NCBI RefSeq assembly: GCF_020745735.1
Contig: NC_083435.1
Span: 22,009,231 to 22,073,230 of the forward strand
DNA: 64,000 nucleotides
DNA from: Hemiscyllium ocellatum
Lineage: Eukaryota
Reading direction: 5' to 3'
Shown: in pieces, positions 23,334-37,900 of the stretch
Position numbering within the stretch: the stretch's first letter is position 1
Layout: every line of letters starts with the position of its first letter
Notes under the pieces: generated by a model
Told to the model about the DNA's origin: nothing
Seen by the model: only the letters and a program-made list of their open reading frames with translations
Databases searched by the model: none
Made by a program: the position numbers and the translations under genes

Positions 23334-26159
23334 GCACTAAATTAGTTAGCCCTCAGCCAACATAACATTTATGAAAAAAGCATTAGCATCAACAGGACAT
23401 TATCACATGGCTATGGAACTATTCTGTGCTTAGAATGGCTGCCACCTTTTAGAAAGTTAAAAGTCCTTAATTGTGCGTAAGGTCCAAACATTCATTGTGC
23501 ACACTATAGGTGCAAGTTCTTTAATTTTTTTTTCTCTGGACAGGACATTATCTCTGATAGGTAAAAACAATGACTGCAGATGCTGGAAACCAGATTCTGG
23601 ATTCGTGGTGCTGGAAGAGCACAGCAGTTCAGGCAGCATCTGAGGAGCATTATCTCTGACAGTAACAGCAAACAGGTTCAGTTGTGTTTCCTTCAGCAGT
23701 CACGGTGCAAAAACTTGTGTTCTGCTCTTCCCTTTGGTTAATGTGTAAGGGAGTTAGACTTTAAGCCCTGTGTCCACTGACCAAGACATGCAGGTTAGCC
23801 AATTACAAAGTGATCAGTCATCAACTAGTGTAAACTTTGGCTGAGTCAGTCATACAGCACCTGGGTAATCGTAGATAGTGTGTACTATTTTAAGGCATAT
23901 TGTTTTTCTTCTAGTTATTGCTGACGATTTGGTGACTGTACAACAGCACTAATGAAACTTTCCTAGGTCATGTGCTTGTGACCAACCATTAACGGTTTAA
24001 TATCGTGCCCCTGGGTGACTGGGATCTGCAGCAGGCGTTAAGGTATCGAACTCCTTTTCAGCATTTGTAATTAGGACAGGGGGCTATGAGTTTCAGTTTC
24101 ACCCTGAGATTGTTTGCTCTCCAGTGTTTTGAGTTGTGTACCACCTGCATTTTCTGCTGGCTGCTGTCCTGTCTTGCTTGCTTGCACGCTCCTTTACTAG
24201 TGCTGTGTTTCACTCGTGTGATTTCTCATTTGTTCCATCCCCTCTCTGAGCCTTGCACCCCCTCCTCTCCTCTGTGTCATGTACCTCTACACTATCAGAC
24301 GCCCCCTCTCGCCCTCTGCCTGGCCACTCTTTTTTGCTTTGTGTGTGTGTCTGTCTCTGTGCTGCACCTTCAGATAGCAGTTTCATTTGTGAGACTGGCT
24401 GGGACTCTGCTCATTTCACTGCAGTTCCTACCTCCATCTTCCAGCTCTTCACCCTTCCCCCTCCACCAAGTAGTGCATTGGTTGTATGTGTTAAAAAGTA
24501 GTCTTTGTGATGTGCAGCGCCTGCTTTAAAAACATCTCCAAGCTGCTTCTGTGGGCCACATGCAACCCCCTGGCCAGCCAGCTCATGAAGTCCAGGCCTT
24601 CTCTTCTTTGCAGCTTTCTGATACTCACTTGCATGGGGGTACACCTCTGGCCTTGAGCCCAATGGGCTGGTCATTATCACTTTATCGTTTGTGGGAGGTT
24701 TGGACAGGGTTCCTGTGCGCAAAGTGGCTGCTTCTATGTTCCTCGTGGCGGTGCTTCAGAACAGCACTTCTGAGCCGGTCTGAGGTGCTTTTGTAAATAC
24801 GCGAGCCGGAAAGCCTTTCAGTTCTTTCCACGTCATGGGCTCGCTGAGTGAGTGCTAGTGTTTACAAGCCATGCTGCAGGTGTTCCAGACCACAGAGGGA
24901 GAGACCCGAACAGAGTTGCAGCGAGAGAGACAGAGACGTGCACACAGCGAGTTACACTCGCTGTCCTCTGGTGAAGGCAGTGAATGGACAGTTTCCTGTG
25001 TCAGGACGATCAAAACTCAGCGTGCCAATGTGGTACGTTGTGTCTCTGAACTGCCTTCAATCAGTGGTGCATATTTCTGTTACCAGAGCCCTGCTAATCA
25101 AGGCTTAAAATTACAAGGACTGGTTGCGTAGACCAGGATTGTATTTCCTGCAGCACAGAAGATTGTCGGGTAGTTTGTAGTAATTTGTACAAGATTTAAT
25201 TTGTGGCTATTTGAGACTATTTGGGTGGATGTGGAGAAACTATTCATTTGTGAAGTAGAAGCGGGGAGTCCATAACAGTCCATAAAATCCAGGCTGTTCA
25301 GAGCAATCAGGAGCTCTGTCCCCACCTTCTCTCTCTCTCCATTTCTCCCACCTCCCCCACCCAAAAAAAAACCTGTAAAGGGGTGTGGATTAATTGGAAT
25401 TGTTAAAGGTCAGCGATCCAAGCTGGAATTTAAAATATAAATAAGCCATAAATGAAAGACAGACTAAGCTCACATGGCTTCCTGCTGTTCCAAGGAACTC
25501 CTCTGAAGCATTTGATCATAGACTGGCCCCACTAAAAACATTACAGTGGACATGTACACGTATATAATGCCCACAATGAGTCAGTGCTGTTCAAGAACAT
25601 ATGGTTGCTATTTTGACCCTTGCACTGTTCCTAGCTCCTCTGTGGGTGATTGAGCCAATAATGGCTGTTTTCTTTGACCCCCCTTTGATAATTGTTTTCT
25701 GCAAGACAATCACGATATTTAAGAGGAAATTAGATAAGTGTTTCACAAATGCCGTGACTGACTTGACAGTTATGCATAATGCATTCCATAGTCCCTTAAC
25801 CCTTTACTGTTCATTTTATTTTCCTATCCCCTCCCTGCCTGTTTTGTGCTAATCCCAGCTTTACACCACCCTAAAATGTTAGGAATAAGGTCCACAGATG
25901 TCACTTACCCGCTGTGCCCATTCTTCATGTGATAAACGTTTAAATTGGGGGTAGAGACCTGTGGCCAAGTCTTATCCTGACCTAACCCACGCAGTTTCCA
26001 ATGGAGTACAGACCTACAGTCTGTGGGGTTACATTGCTACTGATTTGAGCTATTGTGCACAGTGTAATCATCAATGTGTTCTCACAGTGCTGGGTAGGAT
26101 GGTTCACACTGTCGCCAGACTCACTGCACTCAGCACTGTGGAAGGACATTCTCATCCAG

Positions 26160-26455
26160 AGAATCCCTACAGTGTGGATACAAGCCATTCAGCCCACTGA
26201 GTCCATGCCAACCCTCCAAAGAGCGATCCACACCCCCTACCCTGTATTTCCCAGGCTAATCCATCTAGCCTGCACATCCTTGGACACTATGGGCTATTCA
26301 GCATGGCCAAGCCACTTTAATCTGCATCACTTTCCACAGGGAGGAAGCCAGAGCATCCAGAGGAAACCCACACAGACATGTGGAAAATGTGCAAACTCCA
26401 CTCAGACAGTCCCTGTTGCTGTGAGGCAGCAGTGCTAACCACTGAGACACTGTGC
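26160..26455 (-). mobile_element. HE1-type SINE, diverged
   Basis: gaatccctacagtgtgga..gtgaggcagcagtgctaaccactgag. Confidence 0.75.
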
Positions 26456-27029
26456 TATCTCTTTTCTTCAAAACCCTTTATTGCCTTACCCTTCCCTGTC
26501 TCTGCAGCACTAAAGACTTTTGAGGGTACTGTTCTCCTGCAGTCCATGCCTCTTGTATGTCCCTCAAATTCTTTGCCGCACCATTGACTTCCATGTCTTC
26601 AGGTAGGCTCCAAGCTCTGGAACTATCTCCCTTAAACTCCTTGCCTTCCTCTGCTCCTTTAGGACCCTTCTTGAGGGCATGCAATCTTTTGACACTGCTT
26701 TAATCAATAAAATCAAGACTGATCTAATTATTGAACATTCCCACCAACCTTGATGACCTTTCACCCACTCTGCCTCAAAAGCCTTCAAGGATTCTGCTTT
26801 CACCACCTTTTTGAGGAAGAGAATTCCATAGACTCATAAATTTATACAGCATCGAAAGAGGCCAATTGGCCCATTGTGTACTTGTCAAGCAGCACAGCTC
26901 TAACTATACTAACATCGTTTTGTAGCTCTTGAACCATATCCTCCAGAGCCAAAGAATTTCTGACTCAGTCAGAGCACAGAAACAGACCTTCCGGTCCAAC
27001 CAATCCATGCTGACCAAGTTTCCCCACGA

Positions 27030-27330
27030 GTGGCATGGTGGCTCAGTGATTAGCACTGCTGCCTCACAGCACCAGGGTCCCAGGTTTGATTCCAGCCTTA
27101 GGCGACTGTCTGTGTGGAGTTTGCACATTCTCCCTGTGTCTGTGTGAGTTTCCTCCCACAATCCAAAGATGTGCAGGTTAGGTGAATTGGCCGTGCTAAA
27201 TTGCCCATAGTGTTCGGTGCATTCATCAGAGGGAAATGGGTCTAGGTGGGTTACTCTTTGGAGGGTCAGTGTGGACTGGTTGGGCCGAAGGACCTGTTTC
27301 CACACTGTAGGAAATCTAATCTAATCTAAT
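27030..27330 (+). mobile_element. HE1-type SINE
   Basis: gtggcatggtggctcagtg head and (AATCT)3 tail. Confidence 0.85.
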
Positions 27331-27334
27331 TAAA

Positions 27335-28920
27335 CTAGAGTCATAGAGATGTACAGCATGGAAATAGACCCTTTGGTCCGACACATCCATGTGACCAGGT
27401 ATCCTAACCTAATCTAGTCCCAATTGCCAGTAATTAGCCTATATCTCTTTAAACCCTTCCCATTCATATTCCCAGATGCCATTTAAATGTCGTAATTGAC
27501 CCACCCTCCTCTGGCAGCTCATTCCATACATGTACCACCATCTGTTTGAAAAAGTTATCCCGTAGGCCTGTTTTAAATTATTCCCATTCTCACCCTAAAT
27601 CTATGCCCTCTAGTTTTGGACTCCCCCACCCAAGGGAAAAGATTTTGTCTATTTACCCTATCCATGCCCCTCGTGGTTTTATAAACCTCTATAAGGTCAC
27701 CCCTCAGCCAGTCCCATTTGCCAGCATTTGGCCGATATCCCTCTAAACTCTTCCTATCCATGTACCTGTCGAGATGTCATTTAGATGTTGTAACTGTACC
27801 TGCAACTATCGCTTCCTCTGGCAGATCATTCCACACACAAACCACTCTCTATGGAAAAAGTTGCCCCTCAGGTCACTTTTAAATCTTTCTCCTCTCACTG
27901 TAAAAGTATGCCCCCTAGTTTTGAACTCACCCACCCTAAGGAAAAGATCTTTTTGTTATTTATCTTATCTAATGCCCCTCATGATTTTATAAACCCAGAC
28001 TCTCCACACCCTCTGGGTGAAAAGACTTCTCCTCAATTCCCATCTTAACCTTCTACCTCTTACATTAAATCTACACCTTCTGGTTATTAACCTCTCTATA
28101 ATGGAAAAATTGCATTCCTATCAATGTACTTTTAATCTTGCAGATCTCTATCGGTCTTCCTTCACTTTTGCCACTCCAGAGGGGTTAACCCCAGGCCTAT
28201 CCAACCTTTTCTCATAGTTTGGACCCTCTAGCACAAGCAGTATCCTGGTAAATCTCCTCTGCACTCTCTCTAGGATTCCATTTGTTGCTGTCTGTTCACC
28301 TGATGTCCACTGATCATCATTTAATGCCTTACCAATTTTCATATCTCAGTAATAGAATCATGCAGCATAGAAACAGACTCTTCAGTCCTACCAGTTTATG
28401 CTGCACATAATCCTAAACTAAACTAATCACACCTGCCTGGTCTTGGCTCACATCCCTCCAATTCTTTCCTATTCATGTATCTATCCAAATGTCTTTTGAA
28501 CTTTGTCATTTTACCCACATCCACCAATTCCTTAGGAAGTTCATTCCACACGTGAACCACTCTCTGTGTAAAAATAATTGCCCCTCATGTCTTTTTTAAA
28601 ATCTTTCCTCTCACCACAAAAATGTGCTCCCTAGTCTTGAAATCCTGCATCCTAGGGAAAAGACAGCTACCATTATACCTCAGTACTGTATAAATTTCAT
28701 AACGTCAAGTCCCAACCTCCTCTGCTGGAGTGAAAGAAAGTCCCAGCCTTTCTTTATAACTCGAACCTTCCACACCTGGTACATCTCTTCTGAACCCTCT
28801 CCAGCTTAATGATATCCTTCCTATAACAATGTGACCAGAACTTCACACCGTACTCCAGAAGAGGCCTCACCAATGTCTTGTACAACCTCAACATAATATC
28901 CCAACTCCCACGCTCAAAGG
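27335..28920 (-). mobile_element. Cluster of antisense CR1/HER1-like LINE 3' fragments
   Basis: Repeated GDLIEVYK..TRGH and LERVQRRFTR remnants on the - strand. Confidence 0.75.
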
Positions 28921-29794
28921 TTTTAATGACTGCAGTCCACTTGATGTAGCTAAACCCACAATGCCATTAGAGATGGATTTTGACCCAGAGACACAGGAAC
29001 AGTGATATATTCCCAAGTCAAGACAATGAGTGTTTGGAAGGAAACTTGCTGGTGGTGGTGTTCCCATATTTCTGCTGCTCTGATCCTTCTCTTAGTTTCA
29101 TAATTTCCTTTTAAATTCATCCCTGCACTTTTTTTCTTATACTCTAACACGGACTCTGCCCTTGGTATCTGCCATAAGCTTTTTTTTATTTTAAACAGTC
29201 CTAAGCTTTATATACTTTGACATTCAAGTTTCTCTGACTTTGAGAGAAGAAAATTCTCCTCATCTGTGTTAAATGGGTGACCCCCTTATTTTTAAGCAGT
29301 GACTCCCAGATTCTCACACAAGAGAAATCCTTCCCACATCCACCCTGTGAAGATCCCTACTCTTCTGAACTTGAGCAGTTACAAGCTTAACTTGTCCAGT
29401 CTTTCCTGGTAATGCAACTTACCCATTCCAGTGGTTAGTCTATAAGCTTCTCTGAAGTACTTCCAACTCACTTGCATCCTTCCTTAGCCAAGGAGATCAA
29501 TATTATACACAGTACGGCAGTAGTCTCATCAGCACCCTATATAAAGGACGAATAAACTCCCTACTTTTGCCTTTATTTCCCCTCATGATACACTGATCCA
29601 AATAAAAAGAATGGAAAACACATAGGTGCATTTCTGTAGCACCTATCAGAACTTCAGGATCTTCCAAGGCACTGTGTGACCAGGGAGGTACATGAAGTGG
29701 AGTCTCTGGTAAGATAGCATGTGCGGCAGTCAATTTGTGCGCAGCAGTGTACTCACAACTAGGCTCCACACCTTTGGGAGGATGTCTGTTCACA

Positions 29795-30175
29795 GAGTCA
29801 TAGCGATTCACAACATAGAAACGGTACCTTTGGTCCAACTCGTCCATGCTGACCAGATATCCGAAATTAATATGGTTCCACTTGCCAGCACTTGGCCCAT
29901 ATCCCTCTAAACCCTTGCTGTTCATATACCCATGCAGATGCCTTTTAAAGTTGTAATTGTCTCTGCCTCCACCACTTTCTCTGGCAGCTCATTCCATACA
30001 CGCACCACTCTGTTGAAAAAGTTGCCCTTTCAGTCCCTTTTAAGTCTTTCCCTTCTCACCTTAAACCAATGCCCTCTAGTTTTGAACTAGCCTACTCTGG
30101 GGGACAAAAGACCTTGACTATTCACCCTATGCATGCCCCTTCATGATTTTAAAACTTCTGTACGGTCACCCCTCA
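29795..30175 (-). mobile_element. CR1/HER1-like LINE 3' end, antisense
   Basis: Same terminus and body as the other copies. Confidence 0.75.
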
Positions 30176-33100
30176 TTCCTAAGAAGTGTTCTTGCGTTAA
30201 ACTACTGAGTCTTAGGTAGGGGTACCATAACAATTTATTTTCAAGAAAGAAGACTGATCAAATTTAAATTCCGGCGTGACTGAGAACCAACCAATCATGT
30301 ACTTAGTATATGCTTAATTTATACAGTTAACACCTCGGGGCCCTCGCTGTACATTGAGGATGCTCTGTAAATGCAAGTTGTTGTTGTTGTTGTCGAAGAG
30401 GTTTGTGCCACGGTGTTGGGGTTTTTATTTGTTAGTTTGGAGGTGGAAATCTGGTGATGCGTGCAGCCAGGAATGTCGTGCACCTTCGCTGAGCTGACCA
30501 GGCAGTTCTGTTCACCCCAGACAGGGAGTGGCAGATTGTATTCATTCAAAGTTGTGCACAGCACAAAGTCTGACGTCAAGAAATAAAGAACTCGGTCTGG
30601 AAGCTGCTTCCCTTCCATCAGCCTTTTTTTTCTCTCCCCTCCCTCTCCCTCCAACTTCCCCGAAGCACCTAGTCTGTTCCCAAACGTTTTATTCTGGTGT
30701 CGCTTGGACAAGATTTCAGAATAGCCGGCAGTAGGCAATGAGGAGTGAGAGAGAGCCGCGATCGTTGGACTATGACCGAGTTGGTAGCCAGTATGTAAAA
30801 AAAAAATTGCACTTCCTCTCTGGGGAGAGTGGTTTAGAAACTTTTTAATGTGTGTGAACTTTTTAATGCCTTCATCGCCCAGCCTCCCCTGGCCATCCCC
30901 ACGTTCCCCTGAAGGTGCGTTTTAGATTTCTTTCACTTGTCAACGTGTGGCACTCTGGGGTAGTAGACCCTTTTCAAAGCCTCTTCCCCCCCACCCACCC
31001 CCTCCCCCTTTAATGTTCGCATGCGGCTTTTGCATTTTAACGCATCACTTGTAAAGTGTGTGCAGTAGTTGTGTAGGATCAGTCGCTGCGGATGCTCCTG
31101 GGGCTGGGAGGAGATCCTGCCCTCTGGCTTCTGGTCACGGTGCATTTGGTGGTGGGGGTCTGCTGGGAAGCCAGCGTTGTTGTTGTGTGATGGGTACTGG
31201 AATTGTTCTGTTCCCTGCTGCCACCAGGGCTTGCCTCGCCCCCAGAATGTGTGCTGGATCTCCCTGGCAGGGATTGTGTGTGCTGGAGTGACTGGATGCC
31301 CCCAGTTTCGCCTGTGACTGCACACTGGGATCGGTCAGGATGTCCTGTGTCTGCAACTCCAGTGGCCCCTGCTAGCAAGAGAAGCAAAAAATAAATGTCA
31401 GGAGCAGTTCTGCACAGACTAACTAATTTCCACGAACGACCATTGTAGCACAGTCTGGCTGGCAGTGGCCCGGCCCAAAGGATGAGTTGGCAGCATTTGA
31501 AAGAAAAGCTTGCATTGATATAGTACTTTTCAGGCTCCATAAAGCACTTTACAGTGCACACACACAAAATTACACTTAAATGCAGGCAGGTAGACAGCAC
31601 TTATTTTTCTTTTTAAGGTGGTGTTAGTCCAGAAATATTAGCCCGAACGCTGAGAAGATGTTATCTTTTTTTTAAATTATTTCCCCATGGGATCCTTTTA
31701 CATCCACTTGGGAAGGCAGACTGGGCCTGCATTGGAATCAGGAATTGTAAGTGCTCACTGCCGAGCCATGGGGAACTCCTTGGCCCATGCCCATGGAGTG
31801 AAAGTTCTTGTCCATCGTGTAGGATTTCCTATCTTTGGCTCTGGTTTCTCCTTCAGTGAAAGGGTGTGTGTGAATTGATGTTGAAATGGACACAGTGAAA
31901 CAGACCAAAACTAAAGTCAGGAGAGTGAAATTGAGGGTGATCAGATCAGACACGGTCTCACTGAATGGCGCAGCAGATTCGGTGGGCCAAATGGCCGCCT
32001 CCTGCCAGTACACCTTATGGATTCCTTCTTCAGTGTTGCTCTCCAGCTGCTGGTTCAACAACACTTGGTGTGCTTTTTCCCAGCTGCCCAGTTATTAATA
32101 AGTTTGTCCCAGCACTGTACGTAGTGACTGCTATTGTGGAATCAGGTTCAGATAACGTAAGACAGCAGTCTGATTGAGATCTTCATCCTTTGAAAGGAGG
32201 CTCCTGCCAATCCCCTTTTTACGTGGGACCATTTGAGGTAATCTAACACCTGTGAACGTTTAACAGAAGCAGGTTCTGGGGGTTAGCAATTTGCCAGATG
32301 GTAGCTTAATTTCGTTCAAGTTCCAGCATCAGTTTCAGATCCTCCTTTCTCTCCTAAACCTCCTGTCCCTGAGATGTAATTAGATATGCAACATGTTTCT
32401 ACTTCCCTGGAAACCAGCCCAATTGAACATAAAAAGCTTCACTGACCATGTGTGGTTTCTGTTTCCTATTCTGTCTTTTCTCACATACTCTCTTGCTTTT
32501 AATCTGCAGCTCTGATTCTCATTTGGATGTGTTTTTTGGTTCTGACTCTCTGGGGTGTGAATTTGATTCCCTGTGCAGCTGGGTGTTTAGCTTGGTTTGT
32601 TTTTAGTTCAGGGTGTGTGCATACAAGTGTACCTGGGTGTATGTGTGTACATACTGGTTGTTTTTGTGCATCTGGTTGCGTGGTTTTGTTTCTGTGCGTA
32701 CGGGTGCGTTGCTTGTGTCTTTGGTTTCCGTGTCACTGTTGAGTACCTAGGTTCTGAGCTTTGATGTGCGTTTCTACATGGGAACCCAACTGTTCTTGGT
32801 TTTGTGTTTGTGTACACGTGTAAATGTAGAATGTGTTTTGGTTTGCTCTTTAGGTGTGTGTCACTGGTTTTGCTTTAGTTTGCTTCAAGCCTCTGGATTT
32901 GTTTTAGGCTTTTTGTTTGGTGTGGAGCTGTGTCACTGGTTTAAAGTGTTTTTCTGGGTATATTTTCAGGGGGTGTGTATGTTTTTGTATGTCATGTGTT
33001 GTTGGTTTTGTGTCCATATCCTGTTTCCAGCTCTCTCACGCTGTTTAACTACTTAATGTATCAGGCATAGATTGTAACCAGATACTGCCACTGAGAATTT

Positions 33101-34199
33101 GACTAACAGAACTAGAGATTCACTGCAGCAAACCAGTAACTCCCTCATGTTTTGGGTTTAACTTTTTTTCATTTGCTTGGTATATTCTTTAGGTGTAGCA
33201 TTGTTTAAAGCTATGAACGAAATATGGCTTTGCGCTTTTAAAGTGCTTTTCAGATCCTCTGAGCTTCTCTTGGCTGATTAAACATTTGAAACGTGTCCAA
33301 TGTTGGAAATGTGTCAGCTCCACTGTACAGAGTAATGAACAGCAGTGATGATCACTAATCTCTTTTAGTGAAGCTGATTAAGGTATAACCAGGAAACGTG
33401 CGAGTTCACAGTGTGTGGCAGTATCTCCTAACTCCACAACAGGAGACTGATAGTGCTTTTGTTTAACTTCTCATCCATAAGGTGGTATCTCTGACACCAC
33501 CTACTCCTTTGGTACTGCACTGGAGTGTCCGTTTAGTTTGCGTGCACCTCTCTGTGAAGCTGTCCTCAAACTAATGATGATCTGACTCTTGGGACGAAAG
33601 TGTTAGCCCAGAGCCACAGCAGGCACCGTGTGATCCAAGTTGTCAGAGAGCCCTTCACTGACTTGTCAAACTGATCTCCTCGTCTTAGATAGATGGGGAA
33701 AATGAGATCTCCCCAACATAGATCAGGTGATGAACCGAACATGATAATTTATTGATCCTTTGGAGGGTAAAATGGTCACAATTTTACTTAGTTGGCTAGA
33801 TGAGTTCAATTCCCTTTCCCATATCCAGCTGATACAGCCTGCCTCCCCACCTTGCCCCTGAAAGCAAAGAGTTTAACAAACCAACACAGACATTGGGGTT
33901 CACTAGTAGAGGATGGGGATAATTGAAGAGAGTCCCTCCTCCTAGTGAGTTGTTTATTTTATCCAGCACCATTTATTACTGGATGTAGCAAGACTACAGA
34001 GTGTAGATCTGATCCAGTGACATGGAATCATTTAGCTTGGCTTGTGTCCTTGGTATGCAAACACAGGGGAACCTCAATTATTCAAACAGCATGGATGGGG
34101 AGTATTTTGTTTGGAAAATCAAATGTTAGGATAATTAAGGTTCCTCTGCAGACTGTTGTTATACCTTCTCCAGGTTAATACTTTTTATCTTTAGGTTAT

Positions 34200-34960
34200 A
34201 TCCTAGTGCTGCTTCTGGTGAAACTTCACTAATTCCCCGGCTTGATGGTAATGTTAACATGGGGGATTTACCAGGCTATGGGCTTACAGATTGTGGTTGA
34301 AGACAGCTCTGCTGACTGCAATTGTCTCGCTGTGTCTCGTGGATGACCAGGCTTGAATTGCTAGATCTAGTTAAAATCTAACCTGCTCAGCATGGTTGCC
34401 ACATAGTACGTTGCAATATGTTTGAAATGTGAGTTCATCTCCGCCAGGACTGTGCCCCGGTCACTCCTGACAACACTGCCATGTGGCAGATGCAGCTGAA
34501 AAGGCAGATTGGTGAGGATGCAGTCAAATACATTTTTCCCTCTTGTTGGTTTCCTTGCCACCTTCTGCACACCTAGTCTAGCATATATTTTGTTTACAAC
34601 TCCGCCAGCTTGGAGAGTCAGTAGTGGTACTACCAAGCCACTCTTGGTGATGGACGTGGAAGTCCCTACACAGATATACCTTTGTCTTTGTTCTCCTTCC
34701 TCCAAGTTGTGTTCAACATGAAGGAAACTTCTTTTATTAATGAAGGAAGGGGATATGAAAATCAGCAAGGTGTTTAAATGTCCATATTGGACCTGAGACT
34801 TTGAGATCCAGAATTAATGTTGAGGACTATCAGGGTGTCTCCCTCCTGATCATATATCACTCTACTGCCAACTTGGGATTGGTTTTGCCTGGGACACTGT
34901 CTTGTAAGATACAATTCCATGCATGTGACTAGGCTGTTGCTTGACAGCCTTCTGAATTTT
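34200..34960 (-). mobile_element. Old LINE fragment, APE endonuclease region
   Basis: The - strand ORF contains PTRGKNVFDCILTNL...SDRGTV, a decayed PTR..LD...SDH endonuclease C-terminus. Confidence 0.55.
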
Positions 34961-37900
34961 GACCCCCCCCCCCCCGATCATGACAGTTAGGTTTACTGAT
35001 GTTGTTTCCTGACTCTGCCTTCCACCTGTATTGGAACTGCTTGACTAGTGGTGTAGTGAGATACGGAACACAAGTCTCTGATAGTATTCCCAGAATGTTG
35101 AGGGGGAAAACAATCAGTGTCTGTCCAGTTTAATTCCTTTTATCAGACTTTGCATGGTCAGATACAACGACTTGTTAGGCCATTTCAGAGGATGATCAAG
35201 AATCGTTCACATTGTTTTGGCCTGGACTCACATGTAGCCCAATAGCAGGATTCAGATACAGAATGGAAACAGACCCTTTGATCCAACTCATCGTGCTGAC
35301 CAAGTTTCTCAAAGTAAACTAGTCCCACTTGCCTGTGTTTTGCCCATATTACTTGGTGGGAAGGCAGGTACTGAGGATGACAGTGTCTATAGAAGGATAC
35401 AGACAAGTTGAGTGGGCAGAATCTTGGTAGATGTGTATATGATTATAAATACTGCAAATGTTTTCATTGGAAGAGAGTGTTAAACTGGGTCCCTTGATTA
35501 TCTTTCCAAGGACAAAACTATTGCCACTGCCTGTCTCTCTTGGACATGTTTACGGCAGGTGTAAATGGCAAAATTCCGAATAGCTACATTCCGAAAGCAA
35601 GTCGAGGAAATGAGGGAAAAACGAAGAAAAGTAAGACATAAACCAGTTAATAAACACATTAAAAATGGGAGTGGAGGATGCAATCTAAACATGGTGAATG
35701 CAGTGTTGAGTTCGTGGGTCTGTGAATTCAATGTTCCGACATTGCAACTGAGCCTAGATGGAAAGGGATGAATGGGAGCAAGATGAAATGTTGAAGTAAG
35801 TGACAGGTAGCTCAGGGTCCCACTTGCACACTGAACAGAAGAGCTATCCCGTGAAGCAATGACCCAGTCTGCATTAATAAGACCATAAAAATTAGGAGCA
35901 GTGATAGGCCATTTAGCTAATCAAGTCTGATCCAATATTCAATAGTATTAGCAGTTCTGATCATTCTCAACTCCACTTTGCTGCCTTATCCCTATGACTC
36001 TCGATTCCCTTACTGATTAAAAATCTGTCTATCTCAATTTTGGTCCCTCCAATCTAGAGACTACATGAGCAATGAATACAGTGTTTGGAGTCTCTTCAGG
36101 GAGTGGGTGAACAAGCAGGTGTTGCAGCTGTGGTATTTGCATGGAAAGGTGTTGTAGGAAAGGGAGGGTGTATTAAGGGTGTCTATCAATAAAAATGGTG
36201 TCCGAGAGGCAGAGTCTGTGAAGAATTTCTTTATTTCTCTTCCCTGAAGTTCTAGTATTTTATATCTAATAGGCAATTCTGCAGGAATCATGTTGTGCCT
36301 ACTTTCAGAGCTGTTTGAGCTTTTTTGGAATGAAAACAAGGGAAACAGCTGGCTAGTCCCTGGCTGAATGAAAGAGGGTTCAGAAATGATGTAGAACAGC
36401 TGTGATTAGTGAGGCCTGTCACCCTTGGAGGCCCCATTAAAGGGCAGCACTCACACTTCAACCATGTTTTCTTGAGAGGATTCCCTGAAATGATCCTTAG
36501 AGGGAGTCAGATATCAGTGCTCCCAACATCTAGCAGAGATTGTGCGGAAACCTCCAACATCTGACTGGGTGAGAGGATATTCTGGGCTGGCAGGTTCTGT
36601 TTCAAGTCCGGATCAGCGGTGGGTTTGGCAGCCAAGTGGCGTCGAATAGGGTCCAACAGTGGGTAGAGTCCAATGTGAGTACCGAAGGATAGGGTGAGAG
36701 ACATGAGTAGAGTACCGGTGGGTAAGGGAGGACAGAGGGGAACGAGGGGGAGAAAGAAGGAAGCTTTGGGGATTGTTGCTGCCTAATATCTTAGCAAGCT
36801 GTTCTGCTGACTTCCTGACTTGCATTCAGCTGTTTCTGTATCTGATCTAACCATCCATGTAAAATGGGTCAAAATGAGCCCACTTCCACACTCCTATTGT
36901 CAGAGTTAAAAATGTAGAAGGGGAAGATGGAAAGGAGGGATGGGGGTGTGTGGGTGGGTGGTGGAGGGTGTTAATCCTAGAGTTTAACTTAATACCATGG
37001 GAATCAAAGATGAGGCAGAGGAAGTGTTATTTGCAGAAATCGTTTCTGTATATTTACTGACAGTCTCCAGATTTCTTTCTGAACTCCCCCAGTCCTTGTG
37101 TACACACTGTTCCCTGAATTACGTAATATTTGGATGCCATATCTTTGTCAGTTTTAATTTGTTGCCGTGCTGTTGGAAGCAGGGCTGCCTTGTAAATATA
37201 ATTATCAGTACCAATAGATACAGGCTTATTGTCATTCAGGGAAGTAACTAATTACATGAATTAGTGCCTGGGTGTGATATTGGCATATGCGAACTGCCTC
37301 ATCTATTAACAAAGTCACACAATGTACTCTGAGATTGGGGTGTCCTCATTAACCCTTTATAAACCATTCTCTTATTTTGCTTGTTCCTATTAACCCCAAA
37401 GCTGCTGCTCTTCAACCGGGAGCCTAGTCTATCCATTTTTAACCCTGTCACCACCATTTATCTTTAACTGTAACACACTCTGCATGAACTGTCTTTTTCT
37501 CTTGCACACTGACTGCAACTTAGTCCAGGCAGTTCGTTTGTTTGATTCCTGTTGGGACAGATTAACCCTGTGACTGGGTTTGCTCCTTGTTTACATTGTA
37601 TGAGAGTTCCTTCAGTGATGGTGGTATATCTTATATTGGCATCCCAGATTTGACACAGAGTAAAGTTCCCACTTTCGTTGTTCCATCAAACACACTTGGA
37701 TTAGGTATAACTCAGGTTAGCTATGTAGTGAAAATATCCCACCAAACACCTTCAGATCATGAATAACTTGGGTCAGTACAACTCCTTTTACGCTTGTCCC
37801 ATCAAAAACTAGGAAAAGTGTAAAGCTCCCTCTGAGCTCTCCCATCCAAACAAACTCCGAGCATATACAGTGCAGATTAGTCCGGGGCATTACCACAGAG

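Noticed and set aside
32520-33060. Hydrophobic Cys/Val/Phe-rich ORFs
   Set aside because: A by-product of TG-rich low-complexity intronic sequence.
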